64,000 bases of DNA from Catajapyx aquilonaris (Eukaryota): the NCBI GenBank assembly GCA_000934665.2, contig JYFJ02001984.1:1-64000 (forward strand), read 5' to 3'. The position numbers and the translations under genes were made by a program. Every line of letters starts with the position of its first letter. The first letter of the stretch is position 1. Of the stretch, positions 13,258-28,500 are shown piece after piece. The notes beneath the pieces were generated by a model that was given only the letters and a program-made list of their open reading frames with translations, was not told the origin of the DNA and did no database searches.

Positions 13258-16200
13258 AATTACGTATTATTCATTAATATAATTATTCTTCATCAAATTT
13301 CCGGAAAAGGGGAAAAAGAACTCAGGCCCTGGGGTAAGGCAAATGGCTCAAAATGTCAAAAACTCCGTCGTCAAAAGGTTAAAATTATACAAAATAATTC
13401 CACATTTTTCCATGGTTTTATTAGATTCCCCAACCCGGAATAACCCATAAGCCATAAGGATTGACTGTGAGTATTTACACTTTGTAATTATCGACAAAAA
13501 AATTTTAAACCTCAGCTCATTCGAACCTCCGCATTAGCTACCGCCAGCACTGCTCTGCCGTATAAGAATGACTATAACCCGTAAATCAACATTGTAATAC
13601 AACCGGTGAATCATCACTACAGTGACTTCCGTGCGGATCCTACAATTTAGTTCAGAGGGTCAAAAAAAGACAGGATATCGCCAGTGGCTAACATTTTAGA
13701 CTTTCCGCTGGTACTAGTACGAAGGAACCACGCGGCTAGCCTGCCTCAAGAGAACATCCACTTAGAACTCCTAGCCCAGCAGAGTAGTGAAGGACACACG
13801 TCATGCGCAATACTGGTCTTACCGGCGCTTTTGCCAATTCTGTGGATGCCTGCGAATTTATTGATTTCATCAAGCCTTTATTTCGCAAAACTTTGTATAA
13901 ATTGTCGAATAAGTTTTGTTAGACAGATATGAGTGTTGTTTCTGTTCCCACCTTGCAGCACTCATTTCTTTTCACAAAACTAAAATAATCGACATCTAAG
14001 TTCTGTAACCTACTGCATTCGATGATCAGAGTTTAGCTAGGATGTCATAATGAGGTGTATGCTCGCACATGAACTTGAATAAGCTGTAATAGTGTAGTAC
14101 GGTGCTGTATAATCCATGGTCCGGTGAATAACTGGCGGCAAGGCCAATGTTGTTGCGCATGGCTTATGGCCTCGACCGCGAAAATGCAGGCTATATTGAC
14201 GAAATTTCGTGAGGATGAGGAAGGCCATTCGTGTGGTTACTTGGAACTTACTCTGCGGAAGTAAAATAGCTAACCATAGGAGCAAATGTTTTTTCATGCG
14301 GCTGATTCCAAGAAGTGTAGCAGTAGGCCTATCCAAGTGTATATCCGTTTTCTGAATGGTAATCTGTGTGTTATGTACGTTATGTAATATTGGATCAGTA
14401 TAGAGTTTTATCACCGTAACGAGATCAGTGACAGGAGCTACGTAAAAGCCTACACTATTTTGCGACCGGTGATAAAACTCTACTATCTCTCTAGTATCAT
14501 GTAAGTTCATTGTATCTAATTTACACGAGATACACAAAATGTTATTGGCCTTGGGCAGAAAACTAACGATGCCTGCCAGGGATCCAAGGTGAACATTACA
14601 CATGGAGTGTTGTTCAACTCAAACTTGTTATTGAACAGGAGACCTTCAGGAACAGAATATTTCCAGACATAGGCTATGTGGGTTGCTGGGGTGATCTTTC
14701 CATAAAATTGTATTAGTCAAAAACGAAATGACGAGTAAATATGAAATATGTAGAGAATTTGTATGACTGGTACGTAGCTAATAGCCTGTCCGCTTGTCTG
14801 CCTGCACCCTTGTCTCGCTGATAGAATAATGCACAATATTGGCATACCTGTCTCAAACACGAAACAAAAACGGGCATTAATTATTACGTGCGACCACAAA
14901 TGTGGAGGGAATATGCAATAGTGGTAGTGGTCTTGCCTCCAACTATGAATTCCATTATTATCCCCCCACTGCTTGTTTTATCAGCAGAGGTCACCGTTAA
15001 TGAATTAATTATTGGAGGCTACCTGTATTTAGGCCGGCGGTAATAATGCCTAATGGCAACGGACTTGAACAAGCCTTAAGGCAAAAGCTGTGCCGGTCTC
15101 GTCGGACAAGCCGGCTAACGATGTTCATTATCGGAATAACCATTAGAGGTTGCGTAATTATTACGCCTTTATTTTCAGCCTCTGGCAAACTCCACGCTTT
15201 GACTGTTGCATTTGCATACGCTGAAAAGTGAGCAAAAGTTATTTGTCGCTACTTCGTTGTTCCATGATTTGATTTAGCAAAATAATTCCACAAGTTTGGA
15301 AATTTTCGGAATGGGGGATTTTTTATGGTATAGGTTCAGAACGGAACCGTGGACGTCCAATAGTTGCAAGTTCCTCTTTTTCCTTTAGTTTATAAACCGA
15401 ATTTGAATCTGCCCTGGGGCCACGTATACGTCTCGGCTGTATAAATCAACCCAAATCTTGTTTTTCTGCCGAAGAACCTTTTTCCTCTTGCCAACAAGGC
15501 GACCCCTCCCCAGCATCTCCCCCTGCGCCTTACCCTCTTTATTAAAATCCATCTATCACGGCGATTCATCGCCACAAGAATGCCCCCCAATATCTCACAG
15601 CAAGCGAATCAAAGGAATGTCCTCACCAGAGAAATGTACACAGTACGTGTTTCTGCCACTTGAAGTGAGGAAAGGGATTAACTTCCTTTAACGGCTTCCT
15701 TCCCGCCAGGGTCCAATTGACAATCAAGTCCAATTTAGAGGGTTGGGATATTCCCCTCCTCATTTTGATAGCCTCCTTGGGACATGGAAGTTGATAAAAC
15801 TAGAGGACACACACGTGCGTGCACTTGAATTCGAGTAGAGCAGTAAAAGCGACAAATTTCATCAGGTCCACGACAAGCTGTGATTCACAACCGTGCGGTA
15901 TTTACATGCCTGTTACGGAAATCCTTATAATTATATGTAATGCATTATTTATGGAGCCATTTACAATGTTAATTTCCGGAGCGGTAAGCTTCATTATAAA
16001 CAAATAGGGCGAGCGTGTTGACCAGAACATCTCTTTAATCCGGCGCCGCATCAATTTTAACCCGCTGCATGCAGCAGCAGCTAGCGTTAAATAAATTTTT
16101 AAAGAGGAACGATGGACTGTTGCAATTGACCCCCCTCATTCAATAATCACATGAGTATGGCCATTCATTTCATTACATGACAACATTGGAAAGAATGATC

Positions 16201-17499
16201 GGGGGAGAGAGTATTTCTCTGGAGGTTTTCTTCTCCCTCTGAAATAAGCTTACTCCTTACAAGAGTTTTCGGTTGGTTGACTGCAATCGTGCTCGTCAGG
16301 GATTTCGGAAAATGCGGGGCACGTAGACATGCGCCACCATGCGGAGCGGTCAAAAGGGGGGAATTTTCTTCCCGTTTCACTTTTACCGCATAGAAAAGGT
16401 AGGCGGAAATATTTCAGCGTACAGAGGAAGACGCACAACCTCCAGATTTATGTTAAGTGAAAGAAAAATCCCTCATTACAATGTAAAAATGTTTGCAGGA
16501 TGAACAATAGCAATGGTGATTAAGAATCTCGAAATGTCCATGTTAATGTGTCAGGTCTATATACTGTAAGTTATAAGTAAGTTTGAAAGTGTGTCTACTT
16601 GTATGATTAAATTGAAACGTGGTTTGCAGGGTGATCAGAATCACATGATAAAGGTCAAAATTGAGTCAACCATTGCGCGATCTAGTTCTCTGCGCGTGCT
16701 TTTTGTAGATGAAGTCAGTTTTGTACTAGATCAATAATTACAGTTTCGTAGAGAAATGTTTGAAAAGAAGAATCCATAAGAGTTCAAGGAGTCTTCAAAC
16801 TTTAAACTTTCATATCCCTGGTTCATTTAATTGTGACCCTCATCGTTCTGCTACGTATAGTGAACTTTTGAACGACATTTTTAAAAGGTCTAAAATATGG
16901 GACCCGTCATAAGCATGAGAAAATACGTAGTAGTGACGTCACAAACAAGTGAATGCCACATTTTACCAAAATATTCTAATTGGCTTGATAAAATTTTTAC
17001 GCTTAAAATTTATCTTAAATGTTTAGGACGGTTTAAGCTCCATATACTGCTTCTGCTGTTAATGATGATGATAATATCACCGCCTTCAAAGCTCCGAAAA
17101 TGCATTTTCATCATTATTCTGCTAATATTAAAGGCATTTTCAAAATAAATAAACGGCAGTCCTTTGTGTTACAAGCCATCACATCGATATGTTGTAGCAC
17201 CATAGCGAAATTGCGCACTTCATGAAATGTCTACTGAAATTGGACACATGCTGTAGTGCAATCTCCCGTGAAGAATTACAGCATCTGCCCAGAAATATTG
17301 GACTGTTCGCGAAGTGTCAGCAACGGGTTGGACTGATTCCGTAATTCAGAATCTATCCAGTGTAGCTGAGCAAAACCAGAAGGTGTGGAGGGCATCAGGA
17401 GATGCAGAGTGCAGGCCATACCTGCCCATGACATGGACGAAATGTGAGGAGGGAATGTCTGGAAGTCCAGGAGTTGGTCCTGACTCTTCAGCCAAAGTA

Positions 17500-17716
17500 C
17501 AGGTGACTGTAAGGAAAAGTCGGGAAAGGTTGTCATCCGTACTGTGATTGCATCAGCAGTCTGCATATGACTTTGAGATGACCAAATTGGTCATGAGAAT
17601 GCTGAAGAGAGAAGATTTGCAGCAGTGCACTTTGGTTACTTCCTCGGACATGTCTTAGCCCCACCAAATGACACTCAGAGTACGGATGACAACCTTTCCG
17701 TATATACAGTCACCTG
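17500..17716. mobile_element. Tc1/mariner-like MITE
   Basis: Bipartite TIRs CAGGTGACTGTA..GGAAAGGTTGTCATCCGTACT / AGTACGGATGACAACCTTTCC..TACAGTCACCTG; TA on the left, TT on the right. Confidence 0.7.
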
Positions 17717-18624
17717 TTTTGCAATAAATTACTGATCATATTACCTTATTTTTGAAGATGAAAGATTTGCGCCTCGCCTCATATTGTGGATGACTAAACT
17801 ATGACAGGAGAAAATGGACAACTTCTGACTGCGCAGTGTTGGAAGCCAAAGATATGAAGCCAGCTTCAAGCGTTGCATGCATGGCAGTGTGATGGCAGTA
17901 CAGTACATGTAACGAGCAGAATACGGCCACAAGGAGTACGTTCAATACTCCCTTGGAACGCTTCGAAGTGGCCTATTCAATGAGGAAGGGGAGGCTGAAA
18001 TTGGGATGTGGATCAGGTAGTGATGAATTCGACTATATTGCAACAGCTGTGGTGTGTGAAAATTGGATAATGAGAGGCATGAAGGAAATCAGATCTTTCC
18101 TCTACTTATGTGTCACGAAAGGCCGGTTGCATGAACGCAAATTAAGGGTAAAATCCTTGATTATGTCACATTTTGGGTGGTCAATATCTGTGCATAATTG
18201 GAGATTTTTCCTAATTTGCTATCATACCACCAGCTCTAAGGACCGGTTGCATTATTAGGAAAAAAGGCGCTTTCTACAGGATAGATTATTTTCCAAAAAT
18301 CTTCACGCAACCAGCAATCGGGTTCTTACAAGTAGGCTATTAGGAGTGACGCTATCAAATCTACTTATTCACGAAATATTCTATTAGTTTTATATCTGTA
18401 TGTTTATTAATATTATTATATTCGTATAACAAATTTTAAGGATGGCTAGAATGGCGTAAGCTCCGTATATATTGTTATTGTTGCTGATCCTGTTGCTGAT
18501 CCTGTTGATATTCTGTCTCAACGTTCAGTCTTCAAATATCCAGATATGGAATTTCCATTATCCTGATAATAATAAAAGCATTTAAAAGAAATAAACGCCC
18601 CTACGAGTTAGCTTCATAAAATTG

Positions 18625-18689
18625 TTTTCAAAGGTTTTTCAGGTTTCAGGTTTCAGGTTTTCAAAGGTTTTCAGAGGTGTTTCAAAGGT
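18625..18689. repeat. Degenerate (TTTCAGG/TTTCAAAGG)n repeat
   Basis: Direct reading. Confidence 0.7.
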
Positions 18690-21600
18690 CATCTCAAAGG
18701 AATTGCTAGTAATCACCTTCCACCCGAGAAGTCTAAAATATCTTAAAATATGCCATTTAACATTTATTTTTAGTCAAGCTTATTTATGTCAAGAATGCTT
18801 CCGTATATCAGTGCAGTTGAGTTAAGAAAACTACAGAAACCGTTAGGCCTAGATGACAGGATTATTACTTGCAGTGTTGCATAGTTCCTGATGCACAATA
18901 TTAAGATTTTGAAAAGTAGATGACAACACGATACAAGTTGTGTGGCAGTATCTACACGACGTAAACACTGGCCATCTTCCCCTGATCTCAAGTAAATCAT
19001 CCATGTCGGTTGTATTTCTCTGAAGCAGGTTGCATTAATCTTTTAGGGCATTAACTGCGCGATACCTATGCCTCCAGTGGCTTCCCTCGCCATCATCTTA
19101 AAAGAAGCACTTGTGGCACTCTGTCACAAACTTCTGTTCAGAGGTTTTCCCTTCTCACCCAGACGTCGAAAAAAAACGACCAAAAAAAGGCAAAGTATTT
19201 CGGAAAGGAAGTTTGAGAAGATTTCCTTTCCAGCCATCCCCCACCTTTTCTTTCTCTTTCTCTCAGTCTTATCTGTTTTCTTCCTCTTCCGAAAGTGTAT
19301 CTGTCAGGCCGGAAGAAAAGGGGCCGGCATGGGAGGAGCGTAATTGAAAGTTGTGTTTTGTTGCTGAGGGGGAAAATCAACTGCCACCACGCTTCATTCC
19401 CTGTAGAGGATTACTCTTTCACGTGCTCTTGTTTTCTCTTCTCACTATTCATATATACACTCTCTGGTTGTGCTACTGTATGGTACCTCCAAAAAATCCT
19501 CCAATCTCCCCTAAATTCAGAGAGCCTCTCGTGACTAGATCAGCCAGATACAGTGCGAAGGGTCGTTAACCCTTTGACAGGAGCCAGCCGATAAAGTTCT
19601 CTTCAGACCCTCTCCCATGCACCCTCGCCATAACACAGGATGCGGGGTTTAACTCTGTACGCAAAGTATCTAACTCGATTACACTTCAAATACGAGGTGT
19701 GTAACCTATCTCCGCTAAATCCCTCGACCCTCCATTGCACCAACACAGGTGTAATCCTATATTTACGTTACGGTATTGGTACACTTGTCAAGGATATCCG
19801 CCAATATAATGGGTATTGGCCAACGTGCCATCCCCCTTTTTATTGAAAAGTAGTGATAGAGAGTTTAAAAGGAAGACATGTTGGAAATGCATGACAGTGC
19901 ACTCTGGGGGACGGTTAATTAAATGTGAATGGAAGTGGAGAAGTGGAAAGCAATCTGTTGTAGGGCGTGATGGCAAAAGCTCATAATGCCATATCGATTA
20001 GCATATTAGCGTCATCGTATATCAATGGCAGCCGATGTTTGGCAGGTACTGGCTTAGATGGATGGTGAATTTTAATCGCTCTACTTTAGTCGGCAGGTTT
20101 TAATACAGCCTGTGTGGTTTGTACAGTAGATATGTCACAATAAACTTAGAAGTAAAGTGCACTACAAGCATTAGCAGTGTTTGCAAAAATTAACGATACA
20201 CGAGGCATTACATACAGGTTCAAAGTATTGCAATGGCAATGCGTTAAAAATAATATTGCAGTAATTTATGGTAAATACTACTGTAGGTAATTCTAAAACG
20301 ATTCAATTTATCAAAATTGAGCTTGCGGTAAGTTACAGCTATTATAGCCTCCTGAGACCTGGCGGCTTTGTAGCCAATAACAATTATTGACTCCTGGATT
20401 TCCTTGCTATTTCATGCACGAAGAAAAGAAAAAAATTTGCACAATTTTCACACGTAGTTTTCGCAAAATGTGAAGTACAGTATACTGTACTTCAGGTCTC
20501 CATCTGAAAGTATCCCCTCTACAAAGTGAAAGTGAACCTTGCAAACTACAACAGCCACACCTCGTCAAAAAAACAGTCATTAGTTTTTCAGGAGCATTAC
20601 TCAGATAAGGATGTCCTAGTGCACCTATGTCTGCCAAGAATGGCCATGATCCAATCACTTTTAAAAATTAATAATAAATATTGTGGGACCATGGACATTT
20701 TCGCCCTCCATTTGCAGCGCAAGAGAGCACGGGCATATGTCCATGCTCTCTTGTGCTGAAATATGACTTCACTTGTTTATATTCTTAAATGAATATAAAC
20801 AAGAGTGTGAACAACATGTTTATTCAAAGAAGGTGCTCAAAGATGCCACCGGCAAAGTACACAAATAGTTTTTAAACACCCAATATATATCCGACAAATA
20901 CACGTACAGTATATAGGGCTCTCTGCCAGGAAATGAAATATTTTCCTGACTAGGCCTACTTAAGTTTCCATGGTCCACTATATAGACATGATTTACTGTG
21001 CAGTATTTTCTGTTCCGAGGTTCATAAATATTGACGTTTGTGAAGCTACTTGAGTATAAGATACCTGTAGAATGCAAATTTTAAAAGTCATGATATTATA
21101 TTAATCATATAGCCACATATAAGGTACCATTGTTCGATGAAAACTTTTACGGTCGCTGCATGTAGGCCTACATTGGAGATTTCACATTCAACTTTTGAAT
21201 AATTGACAACAACCTGCAATGCGCCAAAATGTAGTTTAAAAAACCTATTCCGTCCAATGTAACTTTTGTAAATAATAGATTCGAACGCACCATTATTCAA
21301 CTATATGCATATAAGTTTACTGTATAATATGGACATGGTTATACAGTACCGTAAATGATCAGCATATACAGTATTTATTAAAATTAAAAGGAGCCATCGT
21401 TTTACTTTCCAGTAGTGCGGTTATAGATGCCCTCTTTCCACCGAAATCAATGTCACAAAATCTCGCTGAAAACCTGCAAGTCTATCGTATACAACCCCTT
21501 ATGGGTTATATGGCCTCATGGATGGGGGCGGCGAGTCTCGGCTTGGGCATTCAGAGAAAGATATTGTGGCAACGGTTGTCTTTATATTGGTGGAAAGAGG

Positions 21601-24600
21601 GCATTTTGTACAGTACACGTTTGAAAATGTAAGCCTCGCTACTGTATTAGGTGAGAATAATATACTTGCATGGAGCATTATTTTCTTATCAATAGCCTGG
21701 TATTTATAGGATTATCATGTAGGCTACTGTATATTATTGCTTCACCTTCAGCTCGTATTCAAGTTGGTAGATTTCATAATTATCCAAGTTTTAGTAGAAA
21801 TCTTATTACAAATTATTATTGTTTTGTGGCTTTTCTGACAACAAGAGTGTATATTGTTCAAAAGGCCATACGTATGATAATATTTGCAATATAAAATCAC
21901 TTTCTCAAAAGCTGCCGAATGTGAAAATAATGTAGTGCTTTCCCGCAGTTAAGAAGTCAGTGAAACTTTTCACTATAAAAGCAGTGTTTTGAACTACAAG
22001 TTGGTTGATTTAAAGTAACCACATCAGCCGAACTCAGGAGTCAGTGTAAATCACCAATTCAGATGAATGCGTTAACGCTCAACAAGTAAGGCAAAAGAAG
22101 AAGAAGAAAAAAAAGCCACATTGAAAGTCTCCACCCTTTCGCCAGGATACAATGGCAGTGTACATTTGCAAAAGCTACTCGCATCAGCGATGAAAACCTT
22201 TCCTCGGCTGCACTTGAGGAAGCCGTGGCAATATAATCTCGCCATCCTCTTTGAAAAAGAAATGGGTGAAGGAGGGGGAGGAAGGGGAAAAGAGGAGGAA
22301 AACCTTTAGGCCTTCCGACCCCCAATCGCCCAAACCTACTTTTGGGGGCCCCGTTTGAAAAGATTAATTCGGTGTGATGGCGACGGAGCATTTTTACCAT
22401 TCCCTGCTCTTAGTTGGAGAGAAAAAAAAAAGGACGGGAAGGAAGTTTGGGGAAGTTGGGTTGAGCAGTCACGAGTTGGTGCTCGATATAAAACTTTCAT
22501 TACAGCCAGCTGCCTTGGCACTTGGACCATTGATTGCAAAGAAGTCTCTCTCCCTTTCCTCTCTCTCTCTCTCTCTCTTTCCCTTTTCCAGCTTCCCTGT
22601 CCCGAGCAATAACATTAGGAATCGGGCGGCACCCCCTCCTTCTCTCTTCTTCCTTCCTTCTCCAGGCGCCAATATGGACTTGATTTGCAGGAATGAAGGG
22701 GAAAGGCAGTAAATTAGGTTGTTTGGATTCTGGTCGCGCCCAGCAGACAGGCTTGTCCCTTCGCCAATTCTGCAGCTGGAACAAGATTATGCGGCGCCAG
22801 CCAAGTAAAACACGGAGGCCGCCGGGCTTTTCCAGGCAGAAAGGGGTTTGAAGCTCCGTTTAGTCCGGAGAAGGGAGAAACGGAGGTGCTCCGGATTCTG
22901 GAAACCCCTCCTGCAAGCCGCGTGACGCTCCGGGGGAAACTCAGACTCTTAGCTTCTTTGCACTCGTTATTTCCTTCTAATGGGTGCAGGTGCGGGGGAA
23001 GATGCCGACATGACGTGAGATATTCTGGAGCACATGGTGGTGAAGGCAAGTCATGTGTTTGGGCCCATGGACACTGGATGTTACATTGGCCCCAAAAGCC
23101 CCAAAAGCAGCGCTTAATTGGGTGGTAAAATAATGTGTGGTTATGCTTTGAATATGCTGAGTCAGTAACTTATTCAAATAACCGGACCAAAATCCTCTCA
23201 TCGTCAGCTGATTATGCGCATTTTGCATTATCGAAAAATTGCATGTATAACCAACAACGCACTTAACCAACTTAGTAACATTGGCTTCAGAAAACCTATC
23301 TCCACCAATCCTAGGCCCTTGAATCCTGTGGGAACCTTTCTTTTCTTCTGGCAAACGCGTGATTTTCACTACTTCGGCTTTTCCACGTTTCTTTTTCCCT
23401 CCTTTCTTCGGGCTCCAACAAAACCCGAATTCCCGGGAGATTTCTCGTTCCAGCCTCCTTCCCTCCCTTCCTCCCACCCGCCCTCTTTCCGCCAGCCAAG
23501 TTTTTGTTTGTGCTTTCCGGAATTGAAAATATCCGCGGGTAGCCAACAAGCTCCCAGCTTGGGGAAAAAGAGGTTTCCAGAGGCCGAAGGGCACATCCAG
23601 ACAAATGTACGGATCTCTCTTTGCACTTTGCTCTTACACATCTCGAAATAATGTGTCTAAAAGTGGTAAGTCGTGAATGAGAGGTGGGAAAAAGGGCCGG
23701 GGGGTGGACAGCAGATGACATCTCGTACAAATCTCCGAGCTGTGTTTGGACTCTGAATAAGCCTTTTTAATTATCCTACACGACCCGAAGCCAGGACTTC
23801 CGAGAGGGACAAAAAGCCGTGTAGGCAGGTCCGGAGAAGGGATTAAATATTGCCTGGTGACAATCGTGACAACCAGAAGTGTCGCAAAGGAAGAGAAATG
23901 GTGGTAGCAACTGTTCAGCCCTCAAAGGAAGCCGCAACCCCGCTGAGTCTCAGGTTTATACGTCACGGTTCTCGAGTCCTATACGTATAAGGGGGGCGAA
24001 TTCAACGAACTCTTTGTTGCCTTTAGTGGTAGATCGGGGTATCAAGATGACCTGCTTGCAAACTGTAACACTAACTTGTAAGACAGGACTGGGAGTAATT
24101 ATTCATGCCGGCATTTTTATAGCAGATGTTTGGTTCAGAATTATCAGATACCCTTTGCTCCTGCGGATTTTAGGAAGAAGTCATGGTTTGATCATGTGTG
24201 AAGTTTTATGTAACTGATACAAAATATTTAATGCTGACAGAGTAATACATTTATACACAGTACAGTACAGAGGTTTACCATCCTGCATGAACTGACTGTG
24301 GGTTTTCTGCATGGATCATCTCTGCCAGATTATCATATACAGAACCAGCCGTTTTTTTCCCCCTTCGTAAATGACTAAGTCATTCCCGTCTCCCCTCTCA
24401 GGAACGTTTATGAATAAAGATAATGCGGCCGGGAACGTGTCCAAATAATGCTACGTCTTATCACAGGGTAAAAGGCTAAAATGATCATGATTGTGCAGCG
24501 TGTTCCATTAACAAGACGCAATATAGCTGAAGCTTAAGGCGAGAAAAGCTGCAATTTTGGTAGCAGATGTGTCTACAGTCCGGAGAACGCGACAAAAAAT

Positions 24601-25485
24601 GTAATATTGGCAATTTCCTAACATACAACTTCGTCTGATTCTGCATGGTGTTTCTGCAGATACTGAATAACCATGAAGATTCATTGTGTACAATTGTTGT
24701 GTAGAGTTGTGATGTAAGGTATTCCTACACGAAACCAGTATGTGGATTAGGTGGTTTCCCTGTCTTATTCTGCAAGTGATGCATCCTCTCGAATCGGCTT
24801 TATTCATCCCCAATTCCCCACATTTTCGCCCGTGACAACACTGTCACATGTGTATAGTACACAATGTTACAGACAGCAGTAGTTTTTTTGAAATCTGTAT
24901 TTCGGAATAAAACTATTTCAGTAATATTAGTTCCACACACTTTTTCTTCAGTCTATCCATCCCCGGACGCAGATGTCATTCCAATAATTTTCTTATGATA
25001 TTAGGTTTTAACCATGTTTTATCTTCTATCAGATTTCATGACCCTAAATTTTAGCTTCTGTCTAAGCTGCAATGGTGGTTCATATTCGGATCATGTCATT
25101 TTATTGAACTGTCCGAGATTAAAATTTCTGTAAATCCATCAACATGTGACAACATAGAACTTCTACTGATGGATCCATTACCTAGACGTTTACCACATTT
25201 CGGCATTCGACCTTAATCCCCTCCACCACCCCAATCTCTATTGACACCTTAATCTTTGAAATTTTTAAGCTATGGCTTTACAGCTCCGATTGCAGTAAAA
25301 AAATCCCAATCTCAGCAAGAGCGCTCTGATTCTCCTTCTCCTTCGACACAGCATCACTTAGAGCAGTGAAAAGCTACTAACTTGCACATGATGAAGTTGA
25401 CAACACCTTGTACGATGGTGAGTGGCACTGCCAGAATTAATAATACTGTCGGAAACTATTCTCCGAGTACGTGCATAATATTATA

Positions 25486-25515
25486 CGAGGGCGAGTCAAA
25501 ACAAATTTAGACTGA
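25486..25515. mobile_element. Possible orphan mariner-type terminus
   Basis: TA-CGAGGGCGAGTCAAAA resembles mariner TIR starts; no partner end found. Confidence 0.3.
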
Positions 25516-28500
25516 TTTTTTATGTGACAAAGAGAATTAGGTCCGTATTAGGACAAAAATATTGAACGAAGCATTTCTTATTCGTACCGTACCAAAAAGG
25601 TGTCTTCGGACGACATTCCACATAAAAAGCAAAATAAAACAATAATGCTGTCATAGATTCAACGAATGAACAGAACGGACAGAATGAAAGAAGGGGATGG
25701 TCCCAGCGAGAAAATGAATGAAACGATATGAAATGTGCCTCCTTTTTCGCGGGGCCCTACGTTTGAGTTGCCAGCGGAAGGAGGAGTCGGATGAAGGCCA
25801 GTCGCGCTTGCGCCAAGTCATTGTTTCGCTCAGTCTCACCTGGTCTGATTTTTTCCGGACTTGGTACTTTTGTGAGTTTTTAACTTTCAGGTCATTTATT
25901 GCACGGTGAACATTTACTGGATTCATGTCAGACATTACTTGAAGTGAGATTTTGTCATTTCAGCTACACATTCAATATTCATTATACTGTAGCCTACAGT
26001 TACTACAGTAAGGGCCCTAGAGCAGTAGGTTACTGTAGTTCAAATCGATATTACTTGTATTCATACTGTATACATTCACATAGTTTTAAAAACAATTAGT
26101 TAGAAACTTAATGATATGCAAGTTATGTTATTTCAGAAGCTAAAGGATTACTTTGATATTTGCTACCTCAGTTATAATTCAGCAGCAGCATAGAGGAGCC
26201 ACTAAAAAATTGGTTTTCTAAAGAACAACAAAAAACACTTCCTTTTATAAAATTGATCCAGAAATTATCTGGCATTAAAAATCACGATGAAGCTTTCTCT
26301 CTCTCTCTCTTGAGGCATTAACGTACAAACAAAGTAGGCCTAACGGAAACACTAGTCTTGTTTTACAAACTATGAAAACAGCAACACATTATTATGATTA
26401 TTATGCATGATGCATAACATTTTAACTACCATAACCTGAATAAATTGCCAAGAGCGATTTTCAAAGCGTCTTAGTTTGATCTTATTCACCCTTGGTCCAC
26501 CTGACATCACAGTTATCCTGAGGGATATACTACCGTATTTCTAGAATCTTGGTCGTGGAGATAATCTGGAGGATTCATCTCCCAAAATGGCAAGAGTGAT
26601 ATTTCACATCTGCAAATCCCTTTTTGTCGCAAGTCGTCAGACAGCGAGTCAGTGGAGCGTCCAGCCATCCATAGGAGCCTCTTAACCACCGGAATATATC
26701 CAGCCATTTATTCCGGACGACATATTACGGGTCCGCGTCCTGCAAGCCGTCACCATTCTTCACGTGTGGTAGATTGCCTGTGAAATATTTACAAGGCGCC
26801 GAATCCAAATTTTTCAGGCTGGAGGGATAATGTTGGAATGTCCAGGTCTCCCTTCCTTCCATTTTTTTGGGGTGGGGTTCTCTGCTACTTTTATTCTTTC
26901 TCAGCGACCAGGGAGGATGAAGGGGATGGCACAAATTATATATTTTATGGTTCCCGTGACAGTCGGACAAGCAGAGCCGCAAAACCCACCAGGGGAATGC
27001 ACCGCTCTGATCAAACTTGCTATAATATTGATCGATTTCCGTATCTCACCCCTGCGCTCTACCAGCTTATTTGTGGGGGAGGCCAGATTACTTTTCATGC
27101 CAGACCAGAAAGACTTGGAAACCAACTTGGTTACCTGGTAGACGTAAAGTAAAAAGAAAGGGAGCAATTTTCAAAGGATTTTACAATCCATGAAAAGAGT
27201 GTCGTACCAGGCCTAACGAGATCGCAACTCTTGTACCCAGAACTTTATTATGATCATTTGGAAGACTTAATGACGGGTGAGGCCAACACTCAATGGTTCT
27301 TAATGACTGCATTATTCTGGGCCGCAAATCTGTTTAATTGGATCCCACTTGGAAGCAAATTAATTCTTATTAATCCCGTTAGGAGGCACCAGTCTTCTTT
27401 TGACTCATTCCTGCCACTTACCTTGCATCCAAAAGCACTGTAGTTGGGAAAAGAGTGCTCAGTGACACATTCCCCAATCCGATTAGTCCTCATCACATAA
27501 TCCTATTTTTCCTTGAGTCCTGACCAGGCCAAACTTGGAGACAATGGTATTCACTTGCACAATGACCCGGGTGTCTCATCAATATTTAATGTCCTCGGTT
27601 TTGAATTGCAGCTGCGCATCTCTTTGGTCCCCCTGGTGACCAATTTCCCAGGAGACTCCTAACAACTGCCACTCGCCCAGTACAGTATTTTGAGGGGTCC
27701 CTAGCTGTAAAATCCGGTTGCATTTTAGAACGGAAAAAAACGCTCCACCATATAGTGGACTGTGTGCTCTCTGCAACGCAGTATTTCTTGATAAGTTGGA
27801 ACCATCAAAACAGCAGGCAAGTTTTGGAAATGTAAAATACATTGTTGGGGAGGAGGGTGGGGGGTAGATGGCTCCAGGAGACATCTTATCCTCTACCACA
27901 CCCTAGCGTCTTGCGAATCCATCAATTCTTGCATGTCGTGTGGTGTGCAGATGGGCCAGAATCCCCGCCAAAGTCCCCCCGGAGCATTCCGGAGGGATCA
28001 GCGGCCTCTCCCCGCCAAAATAAAGCAGCCACTTTGCATGCCCCTGGACGCCCTTCTTCTTTTTTTTCTTTCTTGCCTTTTTTCCACCCTCCTGATCATC
28101 CCTTGCCTATGCCCGTCTCGCTGTCTCCGCATAGCAAAGGGGGGATATATCATTAGAAATGCACGGATTGTCACCACCCATGCCGATATATTGCCATATA
28201 CACTGCTAGAGTCATACACTCCGATTTGCTTATTTATGCTTATTTATGGAGGTTGGCCCTGTGGTGCTCCACATGGTCAATACGTAGAGAGTGGGGGTTT
28301 TGATTACCTGGGATGATACTTTACTGTACACAGTGGTATGTACAGGATTAGTAGGGTATGAATGATTAAACAATGTTGTAAGCCCTAACGGTGGGCAAAG
28401 GCTACTTGCACTGTTAGCAGTTGTAAGGTTTGGGCTGATGGAGGGGGAAATGTAAAGCGTGCCTAAATGTATGTGTGTTGACCAACGAAATGCCGGGAAT

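Noticed and set aside
14037..14603. 188-aa ORF
   Set aside because: No recognisable domain or splice context; probably a chance ORF in repeat debris
17205..17265. SECIS-like or miRNA-like hairpin
   Set aside because: Lacks the 3' GA of the SECIS quartet, there is no selenoprotein gene nearby, and pairing is loose
22977..23730. Overlapping 139-205-aa ORFs
   Set aside because: They arise from purine/pyrimidine-skewed low-complexity sequence open in several frames; no protein motifs
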